This document shows, piece after piece, positions 53,201 through 64,000 of a DNA stretch of 64,000 nt. Numbering within the stretch: position 1 is the stretch's first letter; every line of letters starts with the position of its first letter. The position numbers and the translations under genes are program-made. The notes under the pieces were generated by a model, which had not been told where the DNA came from, ran no database searches, and saw only the letters and a list, made by a program, of their open reading frames with translations. The DNA lies in the NCBI GenBank assembly GCA_965202585.1, contig OZ241831.1:54932001-54996000 (forward strand). The letters are read 5' to 3'. Source of the DNA: Thalia democratica (Eukaryota).

Positions 53201-56200
53201 ATTAATAGAATTTCAAGTTCTACTTTCATAGCAATTCAGTATTAATGACCAGAGTATTGTAAAAGAACATACTTTGAAAAATTATTTTAAAACTTTTTAA
53301 AGGGTTATATATATAAGAAAACACAGGAATAAAATACTTAGAATTAACTTTTGTAAAATATACCTTATTTTAATTGTTAAAGGTTTCCAAGAATTATTTC
53401 TTTTAAAGTTTATATTTTTAATATTTATGCAAAGCTGTAAGGTTATTTAAAGATTCATAAACATCACATAAACTTAAACATATAAATATAAGAATATTCA
53501 AAGATTAAAGTTTCCTAGCATCTGAAGTAATTAAGCTAGCAACATATAGAATAGATATAGTTTTTGGTATGATCATGATTATGTTTTACTAAACTTGAAA
53601 ATATAAAATATAAAACTTTACAATATTTATAAAAACATACTTACAAAGATTTCAAAAAAAAAAACTTACATTAGTTTTAGAAATATATTTATTAAAAAAA
53701 CTAAGTTTTTAAGTAAGTTTGTCAGATAAAAAATAACTTTAATTAAATAACTTGTATATACCTTTTTATTGAGTTTTGAATCTATATCATAAGTATAGAA
53801 AACTAAATAAAAAAGAAGTGTGGTTTTCAAAAAAAATTTTGAAAGTTAAAAGCTTTACACTACTAGCTTTGTTGCTACTGATTTTTCTTCAAAGCAAACT
53901 CAAGCCAACAATAGCTAGGCTGCTGTGTTTGTTAAAAACAATTAAGAGCCAAAAGCTTTAAAAGGTTATTATTTATAAAGCCTAAATATTTTTAAAATTA
54001 GTAGGAATGATAACGGCAATTATCAAAATTTAAATACAGTCAATATTTTTCAAAAATTATTGTTATAACATTAAAGTGTTTTGAAACTTTCTTAGAATAT
54101 TAAAAATTAACCTGAGTTTTGTAAAAAATACAAACAGGCCAAAGTTAGCCTAAATTTATTTTTTTAAAATTTTAAACTAGAAAAAATGTCTAATAAGTGT
54201 TTTTATACTTTTCTTTTTTTTTAGATTAACAAAAGCTTCCTTTTTTTTATGTAAAAGTGGCTCAATTTTTATTTCTTTTGAAAACCTCAACTTGTAAGAT
54301 ATTTTATAATAAGCAGTCTAAATATAAGTATAATGTTTAAATACACCACCAATTTATTTTATTTAGATTATGAAATTGGGTTTAAAACCTAATTTTAATC
54401 TTACTTTCGAAAAATGACTGTTTTAATATTTAGCAATTAACTTATGAAGGTTTTTTTTTCAAGTACAATAAAACTATATATACAACAGAGGTTTTTCTTG
54501 ATAATGTTATTTTTGGGGCCATTATATAGGTTGTGAGAAATTTTTGACTGCTTTACAAAATTACTAAAACATTAAAACAACCTTTTTTTTTTGAATAAAA
54601 CAGTTTACTTAGAAAGTACATGCAAGTAGCACCTTAAATTGTGTTGTGACATCATTTCAAACTGCCCCTTATTTGGAAATCACCATATGTTTTATTCAAC
54701 AAATCATAAAAAATACGATTAATTATTAACCTTTTTTGTTCAATATTATCAGCTTATTTTTTAAACACATTAATATACTTATAAAATGTTTTTGGTTTTA
54801 AGAATAAAATATTTACAAGTTACATACATCTAATTTAAGTATTAATAAAAAAATAAAATTTATTGCCCGTTTTAATGAATTACACTATTTTAAACAATAA
54901 TAAAAAAAATAATTAATTAGTTTTAATTTATCCAGTTTACTAACAATGGCTTAATTAAGCTGAGATATTGTTTCCTTATGTGTAACAAAATGTTATGAAA
55001 TAAAGATATACAGTTACTTATTTTAGTATAAACTTAAATGTTTATAAAAAATTGAGAGTTTGAAAACATCTAAGTTTATATCACATATTTGAGTTTAAAA
55101 TATTTTAACTTAAATGAATTTTTTGCCACATTTTTAATAAAAAAACGTATAATTACAATTTTATAAGATTTTATGTGTAAGTAATAACTGTAAGACATAA
55201 CATATTAGCATATATTCAATCTATCCTCATCTATTTTATAAATTAATAACTGAACAAACTTAAATTTTGTTAAAAATATATGAAATAACAACCATATAAG
55301 TGTTTATTATAGTACATTATAGGGATAACATTAGTTCTTTGAATTTAGTGAGTCTATTAAGGATTTGTGATGTTTGTGTTTAAACAGACCATGCCATACT
55401 TCATTTGATTTAAATTCGGTTAAACTTTAAATTATTGTTTAATAACAAAAACATGAAGCACTTATGTTACATAAAATGCTTCTAAATAAGCTCATTATGC
55501 TGTAAATTTTGCTTACTAACATCTTTTTTGGTCCATGATGTAAAACATAACTTAGAGATGTCCAATTTAATCACCTACAATTCAGATCCTTTGTGTCGGA
55601 TGCCTTGAAGAGGACCTTTAATTTTATCAAGTTTTATTATCATGAAGCTAGTGTAGTTTAAAGTTTAATGACGACTTATTTTCAGTTCAAAATAAGAGCT
55701 CAGCAGAATTTCAAACAAATAAAAAACAAATATTTTACACTTAAATTATTAAACTAACATTAGTAAGTTCCCCAACTAAGTAGGGCAATGTGGAGGTGGC
55801 CAACTATGTTATGCATATGGTTATCGGCTATTGTTCTTTTTATGCCCACAGATGATTTTGACTTGTTTGAAGACCAATTTTCAAATTTGGAGAAGTCCAA
55901 TATTTAAAAAAAATAAGACTCTGTTATTCAGAAAGTGTTTTTATAATTTAAAGTTTTTTATAAAGTAGAAACAACATCTAAATATATTTTACAAAAAATA
56001 CTCAAATTAATCAGTTATTTGATCTAAGTATTGTTTGATATAGTTTTTAAACTGTAATATCTTAGTTTACAACGTTTTCTTCCATATAAACAATGCCGAA
56101 ATAGTTATATAACATATATTCTGTAGCACAGTTTGACAAAATACAACATTTATCAGATAGATTTTTAAAACTAATATAAATTCTAAACTCTAATAACAAA

Positions 56201-56521
56201 CTAAAAACAGTTCAAAACAAATAGTTATAATGAAAAACTTGATAGTTTTTAATTAACTGTTCAAAGCTGAAAGTATCCTTATGCATGTTTTGGTTATTTT
56301 TGAGCCTCTAATTATGAAAATATGTAGTCAAATAAAACTAAATTAGTTATAAATGACCTAATAAAACATACAACTCATACATTACATACTTCTACACTAC
56401 TACCAAACAGTTTTCTTTCTCTACCTCAAAGTTACTGACAAAACAAAAAATTAGCTAACTGTAAAGCAGGTGCTTTACTAGGTGTGAGTTTCCATTTGAA
56501 AGTTTAGCATTTTAGCTTGTA

Positions 56522-56587
56522 GCTTTTTTCCTTTCAGTTTTGAACATTTCTGGCCGAAGTCGACTTGCAATAAAATCGAAGCTGTAA
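56522..56587 (+). pseudogene. Decayed exon, inverted paralogue of 61175-61286
   Basis: ttttttcctttcag|ttttgaacatttctggccgaagtc matches minus-strand tttttttctttcag|gcttgaacatttatggtcgaagtc. Peptides are LNISGRSRLAIKSKL* versus LNIYGRSLVH*ISKLQ. Confidence 0.55.
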
Positions 56588-56824
56588 AATACACTGCAAA
56601 TAATTATTATACATTTGTTATAAAAATATTATTTGTTAGAATAAAAATAAATTATAATAAATTTTAAATACTTAATCGATTTTTTCAAACATTATTTTAA
56701 TATTTTTTTTTCTGACTAGCTTGAACACAAAACATAACAAGTATAATTAATATAAGTATCGACCTGGACATGACATAAAAGATAGGCGAAAAGAATGGTG
56801 AAATTAGAAAACATAAAAGGTACA

Positions 56825-56882
56825 ACTCGATAACCGAAAGGTTTTTTGGTGCACTTAAGTCCTAGGACCGAATTTTTTGAGC
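56825..56882 (+). repeat. Dispersed ~55-bp repeat, copy 2 (copy 1 at 23761-23815)
   Basis: Direct alignment with 23761-23815. Confidence 0.75.
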
Positions 56883-58269
56883 ATCTTTTGTCTTTCAATA
56901 AACTATACTGTAATGCAGTTGAGTTTATTAAGTTGCTCAAAGAATTTATATACAATAAAAACTATTAATTGATATAGAATTAAATGTTAGAATTTAGTAT
57001 TTTAGTTTTTATTGGTAAAAAAAGTTATGTAAACACGACATTTAATATAGCTTTATTCAAGATTCATATATTTGTGTGCCGAAATAGAATACTTATAGCT
57101 TTACCGACGGTATATATAGACTATAGAAATTTCACACAAAAATATCATTTTAATAAAACTAATATACATAAAACATATTGATGACTTGTATAAATAAAAA
57201 TAGAAACACATATATTTTAAAGATTCAATGCTTTTTTTTTTAGTTACTTTCTACTAAAATAGAAAAAATCTTACAAAAACTGTATAAAGCTTTTAAATGA
57301 TAACTGGTAAGGAAAGTAAAAAATTAGAAAACTTTAGTATTGTTCTTATGACGGTCAGAACTTTAAATTAACTTATTCTAAAAATATTTTATACTTATTT
57401 ACTATTTTAAAGTTTTTATACATTCTTTTGAAGACTTTTGTACTAAAATAGTAAATTGATAAACCCTCAACTTAAGTTGAAAAAAAACGTAGCTACCAAA
57501 CAGAGAACAGTCTGAGTTATAAAATCTTGTTCGAAAAATTCACAAACTTTTACTTATTAGTCTAGTTTTCTTTTAACTATATCATAGATTCGTTTCGTTT
57601 CTATAAAAAAAAACATTTAAATAAATACGGATATAACTTTTTTCTATAATTATATTTGTAATAGATAAGTTACAATTCTACAATTTAAATTTTTCTTTTC
57701 TTAAATATAAAAACGAATATTAAAAACCATGTACATTAGGCTTTTTAATTGTTTTTTAAAACTTTTGAAATAACAGTTGGCTCTAAACTTCTATAATGGT
57801 AAAGGTAATTATAAAAATATACTATGTTATGTAGTTTTGTTAAAAATAATATGAAAAATTAGATCTTGTTATATAGTTCATTGTTACATTTATTTAACAA
57901 CAACAACAAAATAAATTCATAAATCAGTTTCATTAAACTTAACAACACTTTTTGTTTTTTCCATACAATCTTTTGATAACCTTAAGATACTTTTGTCTGT
58001 CAAAAATATTATTTTTTAAATTAAAATAAATCAGTTTTAAGAGTTTTTATATGCTTGCACTTAACTTTGTTTATGTTTTCAAATCAATCATAATACACAA
58101 TACAACATGCATTTATTCAAAACACTGTACAGCACAAAAACGTACTCGAAACAAAAACATTTCTTTCTAACATAAGTATGACTGACATATGATAAGTCAT
58201 TTTTTTTAAACTAGTTGTTCTATTCAGGTGATTTAAAATACACAGTTTAATATTTCATCATGATAAAAC

Positions 58270-58425
58270 TTGGGTGGGCAAACTGCGGCTCACGATGTAA
58301 GTAATAAAAAAAACATACAAGTATTATTTATATTTAATCATTGAGTTCTATTTCTCAACAACTTTGGTTTAAGATCGTATTTTCATACTGATTACTACAA
58401 TTGTTTTAGATAGCTGCGGCCCGCG
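58270..58425 (+). mobile_element. Charlie/SPIN-type hAT terminus remnant
   Basis: ttgggtgggcaaactgcggctc (58270-) resembles CAGGGGTGGGCAAACT...CGGCCC termini. A second ctgcggcccgcg lies at 58414-58425. No partner end identified. Confidence 0.45.
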
Positions 58426-61174
58426 TAATACTGATTTCATAAAGTGCAAGAAGGTTGTTCTAAAAAATTCACAAAACAATGAATTTATTAAAAAATACCA
58501 AAGTACTTTTTGATTCTGATGTCATACTACATTTATAATTCTAATTTTTATGCAGTTTTTGTTTGATTCTGTACAAAATAACAAAAGCTTCGAAAACTTC
58601 TACTTCAATCAGAACAACTTTGTTGAAACAAAAACAGTATTGAAAATAGTTAATAGGACTACCATACGCTTACTACAGAAGTATTCAAGTCAATTTTGTA
58701 TAAACTGTTTATTGTAAAATTTTTGAACAATTTTAAACTACAGGTTATACGATGTTTATTTTTTATAAAATTTTATATACAAGTCCCTGCCATATCTAGT
58801 ACAAGAATTTTTAGAACAAGCTTAAAGCCGATGTTATGAAATGTGATAAAATATGTTGTGAGACAAAATAAACTTGTCTAAATAAGTCGCATAGCATACC
58901 TCACAGACTTATTTCAGCTAAAACACATTTTTACGTGTCAATCATACTTATAGAAACCAGCATTTTTGTTTCTAGCATGTTTTTATATAAAGTTGTGCTT
59001 TGAAAATGTGCAGTGCAAGTTGTGACAGGTATTGTGATTAATTAAATTTTTGAAGGCACTTAAACTAAAATTTTTCATATATTCGCAGGCTATTTATAAA
59101 CGCTAGACAAGTAAACTAGCTCGAGGTTATAGAATAATTCGATCTTTAATTAAATTGTATCTTATCATTTATTTTTTTAACTATTTAAAGCATTTTTATA
59201 TTTTTCGCTATTAACGTTACGAAAATATTTTAGTTCATTACGTTGTTAAAAAGAATGACCTGATGAAAAGTATGTTTATAATCATAATCTAACATTTTAA
59301 ACGCTAAATACTTAACAACTTTATAAAACAGTCTACTTAAAGTACAAAATTATAACACTTAACAAGTAGTTTGAGTTGAAAAGAGGACTTAACCATTCTA
59401 TTAGATATCTCAATGGATGTTGGGTACCTCAACGTTTCAAAAAAAACTCATTTTGGATCTGATTTACCGTCATCGACATATAAAAAAAGAAAATAAATTT
59501 GAAAAAGTTTCGATTTAGCTAAATGAGTTTTGTATAAGTTTTTGATATATTTATTAAAATATTATGATAGTATCAAGTAGTGTTTAACAGTGTTTTCTTT
59601 TGAAATATGCCGAACTGACTAAATATTTTGCTTTATATTTTTGCTGTCGCGTCGTAAAAATTTCATACTTAGTAAGAAAACAGTTTGGTTGATAACAAGA
59701 GTCTTATAGAATAAGAATAAAACATCAATAATAAAATAACTAACAAAGCAACTCACTCGAAACTTGACCGAATATTTTTTTTGTAAAACTTAATATCTTA
59801 AAAACCGAAATTATGTTTTATTGTACAAATCAAAATATCTCTTATCGCATAACTGTAGAAATCCTAACCATTTTCTGAACAAACTATTTTTCAATTGTTG
59901 TAAACTACACCGTGTGTACACACTGAGTTCAAACACAAGCAGTTATAAAATATAAAGGAACATTCTTATAATACTTGTAACTTATAAAAAATTTATAATA
60001 TTTCTATTACTTTTAAAGGTATATACGAACGTCACTAGTACTTTTACAAATATAAATTGTGTAATTAAAAATAGACTTATATTTGTTTTTAAAAGTTTGT
60101 AGATTTTAAAATATGCACTGAATCATACTTATAAAAACATTTTGTTTTATGTAAAACACCACTTTATATTACTTTATACAATTTTTTATTATATTTTTTT
60201 TTAAGTTATATTTTTATTAACTTTGATGGAAACAGTTTAAAGCTTATGTAAATTTAAATGTATGAAATAAGTATGTATAAATATAAAAAAATTATTACTA
60301 TCCAGACTTAACCCTTTTCAAAAGAGCCCAGTTGAAGAGCTTTTAAATAATTTGTTAAGAAAACTTGATTCAAAACAAATAGATCATACGGTTCAAAAAA
60401 AACAAAAAAAAAAAATCTTCAGCTAATATTATTATATTAATTTTTATACATATAATTGATTTTAATGTCGTAAAGTTTTACTTTGTAATAATATTTTCTT
60501 AATAAAAAAATAGTATTCAGTTATAGAATTTAAACAAAATCTAAAATTTGGTAAGTTTAAATGCAAAAACGATGAGACAAAAATTCTAATTTTTAGAATT
60601 TTTACTTATACAACCATTTTAACATTTTATTTTACCTTAAACAAGTAACATGAATGGTAGACCTCATTTAGCTAAATTGAGTCAAATACAAACTTACTTG
60701 CAAAGCCGATTCTTTAAAAATAAATAAATCTAGTGGTTCTAATACGTTGTACTTTTTTATTTATTTTCGTAAAACTATACAGATTGAAATAAATGTAAGG
60801 ACATTTACAGAACATAAAATTTTATCCACTTTCAGAAAAATAATAACAATTCGTCCTAGAAATTTCGTACATCAGGTCCTTAAAACAAAATTTATATCGC
60901 TTATTTTTTGTTGATCTCTAAACTTATAGCTGCTTTTGGAACAAATTATTTGTGTTAAATACAGTAGACTATATTTAACTTTCCATGCTTCTAAACATAA
61001 AGCTGTTTTAGTCAGTTCGAAATGAATATAATACTCATTTCAGATAATATTTTCGGATTTCCAGAATAAATATTGCTCACTTCGACAAGAACTTTTTAAT
61101 TCTTATCAACCATTTTTATATTTTGATATTAAGTCTTAAATCGTATTGCTATCATAAATATTACAAATTTATAC

Positions 61175-61267
61175 CTGATGTATGAGTTAGTTTTGCATTA
61201 TGTTCGAGCTCTTCAGCTTGTAGTTTCGAAATTTAATGAACAAGACTTCGACCATAAATGTTCAAGC
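61175..61267 (-). pseudogene. Exon with canonical splice sites and one in-frame TAA
   Basis: Acceptor tttttttctttcag, donor gtataa, 93 nt, phase 1-1. Reads (G)LNIYGRSLVH*ISKLQAEELEHNAKLTHTS, with TAA at 61233-61235. Confidence 0.5.
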
Positions 61268-62500
61268 CTGAAAGAAAAAAAATGCTTAGGATACAAAATA
61301 CTAAATTGTGAAACTGATAGCTTGTAACCATATGAGTAAAAGAAGCTACTAGAGTAAGTAAATTTAAATGTACAGTAAATAAACTTAATTAGCAATTTTA
61401 TAATTCAGTGTTATTAAATGTTAGAACCAAACTTTGCTTAAGCTCTAATGTTTTAGAATATTAAATTCCTATGTCAATAAAATGCTATGCAAGGTGAACG
61501 TTTTGAAATACTTTACTTTAGATAACTTTAGCCTTAAAGAACTTTTCTTTTTAGTTTTGAATAAATAATTAAATAAAACTGTTTTTTATATGAGTTTAAG
61601 GCAACTAGATAGAAATGTGTGAAGCAAGTGACAATTAGTATAATAACTTTTGTTTTATTTTACAGTCAGTAGTAGTTATACTTAAAAATATTTTGAGAAA
61701 ATTCTCCAAGTATAACAACAAAACTAAAAAAAATATATTATTTTAACCAACTAAAGTTTAATGAATACAATAGGTTTTGAAGTTCAGTTGTTGTTCATTT
61801 GGCATTTTTGTCTTACCCTTCTGTCACTTTACAGCACATTTTAAGTACATATGTTTGATACCAAAAGCAAAACTGCAAAACATCTTTTATATTAAGTAAT
61901 TAAAGGTAATCACCATTAATAAATATAATAGTTTAAAGTTAGTGTTTTAAATTGATAAAAATGTTTGAAATTTTTAAAGGCCGCCTTTGGTAAATGTGTA
62001 TTTAAGTTCTCATTTGGAGATAAAGAAAAATTTTTTATCCTTAAATTACTAAAAGTACCTAAAACTTTGACTTTAAACTTCAGCATAGTTAAACAATTTA
62101 AATCTTATAAAGTACTTGGTCAAACAACAAAAGTTATCCTTAAACTTGCATTTAGTTGTACTCTAAATTAGCTTTACAATTTTGGGTGTGGTACTTGACT
62201 AGGTTTTTTAAAAAAGTTTACTCTTTAAAAACTTCTAAATTTCTCATAATGATAATTTATGGTTAATGGTTTTTAATAAAGCTTCTTAAATATGGGGATG
62301 AACATTTTTCTAATCAGCGGTTTAGATTTTGATAAAAACGGTTATAGTATTATAACTGATTTTACTCTATACAGTAAAGTTATAAAAAAATATCACACAA
62401 TAAGAAAATTAAAAACATAAACTAAATCAGAAGCTTTTATCAAAAACCTAAGTTTATTCAATTTTCAGAAGAATATTTTAAGCTGAAAGATTTCTTGCAG

Positions 62501-63808
62501 TAGAAGGATTTGTTGGAGGACTAAGTCGTCCCACGGTCTCGAAGATTAGTACTTGAACATGAGCTACATATTAAAAATTATCTTTGGAAGGCAACATATG
62601 TTATGTAAGTTTTAAAATATCTTATAAAGATTCCCTTTAAGTGGTTTAATTATCAAGATTCAAAACTACTTTTAATTATTTTTCATTAAATTGATGTAAT
62701 TGATAGTTTTTATTTTGAAAGCTTTGCACTTTACTTTCGTTAGAGCAGAAATTTTTTGGGTAATATTTGAATTAAAAATTAATAAAAAAGTTTTCAAACA
62801 TAACAATTCATTTAGTAGTTTTAACAAAAACAAATCCAAAAATTTTTTTTTTTTTTGTAGAATATGGGTGTGGCCTGCTGACGCTTTCAACTAACAACTT
62901 GCCGCCTTTTATACTGTAAGTGTTTTCGCTCAAATCGACACAAAGTTTATACATACAAAACATTTATCTTTGTTATTGACATTAACAGAATTCATAACAG
63001 AAGCTAAGTCATTTGAATTTAAATATACTTATTAATAATTATGAATAAAATAAAAACTCTAAGCTTTTTTTTAGCATGGCATTTATGAGGTTTAGTATGG
63101 ACTTATTTTTGGAGCAACAAGGTGTAACACAGATCTATTTCTTTGCAACTCTGAACCAACCTTTGGTGCAACTGTAAGTTATTCTCTATGAAGTTAATAA
63201 AGATGTTAGCACTTAAAAGCATACAAAATAATTGTGATTTAGAAAAAAAGACTACAAAGTAAAGTTTATTTTGATTGCTGTACATTTTAATGAATAAACA
63301 AACAGTGAAAAAACACTTCTCATTAGTCAAAAGCAACTAAAACTATACTTTTTTTTTAATTTAAAGATTAATTTTAAAATTCATTGTTTTGCACAAAATA
63401 TATGTCTGAAAAAAGGAAATTACAAAATACTTAATAAAACTATTGTGTGTATTTTTTATTGGGCTGGTCTGGAAAAAGATGTTTTTGTCATTGAGATACA
63501 AACAGCTTGTAGTCTGTAGTTTTTATTTATTTTGCATAAAATTAGTATACAAACAACATGAATGTCATAGCTTATAAAATAAATTACATTAACATTTTAA
63601 TAAAAGAACTAAACTTACTTGTAAAATTTCATAAGTCAGTGAAGTATTAAATCAATTGTTACTAAAGCTAACTAAGTAGTTATTTAGACTGGTATGAAAA
63701 TTTAAAACATACCAATCTGGATCTATACCAATAGCTGTTGTTCTTAGACAGTTGCACATAAAATTATAACAACTTAAATTTTCTGATTTCTCACATGAGG
63801 TCCAGTAG
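62501..63808 (+). other. Plus-strand exon chain (partial gene, pseudogene or lncRNA) probably continuing past the window end
   Basis: AG/GT-bounded blocks at 62501-62604, 62861-62915, 63075-63173 and 63688-63808; the first three have gtaagt donors. Blocks 2 and 3 join in one open frame (YGCGLLTLSTNNLPPFILMAFMRFSMDLFLEQQGVTQIYFFATLNQPLVQL), but block 1 has stops in all frames. Confidence 0.35.
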
Positions 63809-64000
63809 GTGCATAAAATATGTGAATATCAACTTAATTATATTTGACCAATTTTCAAGATAAATATTTTTGTAACTGTCATATATTTTTTACTTTCCCA
63901 GCATTATTTATTTTGTTTTGTAACATTTTACACTCCATTAAAACAATGTTGATTTAATAAACTAATGATTTAAATTTTTTTGTCTTAACCATTGAAAAAA

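Noticed and set aside
1696-63336. Most remaining 60-95 aa ORFs in the track (for example 1696, 2082, 3154, 18001, 36744, 37016, 40525, 43716, 53776, 56984, 61965, 62672)
   Set aside because: They are rich in Lys, Phe, Leu, Ile and Asn, often lack an ATG start, have background composition and show no splice or domain support. This is expected by chance in AT-rich DNA.
3985-63808. Reassigned genetic code (TAA/TAG = Gln, TGA = Trp) suggested by many exon-like blocks with isolated stops
   Set aside because: The intact receptor gene encodes every Gln I translated as CAA or CAG and ends at TAA. Stop density in the other chains is near chance, and one TAA aligns with CAA in a paralogue, so ordinary decay or non-coding status explains the pattern.

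Overview
Very AT-rich (roughly three-quarters A+T by eye) eukaryotic genomic DNA with short GT-AG exons and many decayed DNA transposons. The composition and repeat style resemble a Hydra-like cnidarian genome (inference, no search run). One well-supported protein-coding gene can be assembled by hand: a 9-exon minus-strand gene (27028-31096) for a ~410-aa type I membrane receptor. It has a signal peptide, two EGF domains, one TM helix and a long low-complexity tail with two ITIM-consensus motifs and a class I PDZ-like C-terminus. As given, the gene is one base short in an A11 run just after the TM exon, and that frameshift would remove all tail motifs. The rest of the window holds a hAT transposase remnant, several MITEs (one with a perfect 8-bp TSD, one pogo/Tigger-like), nested tandem repeats, a three-copy dispersed repeat and a pre-miRNA-like hairpin. 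It also holds several chains of GC-richer exon-like blocks that have canonical splice sites but no continuous ORF (spliced lncRNAs or decayed paralogues). No tRNA, rRNA or CRISPR array is supported, and most ORFs in the supplied track are spurious.
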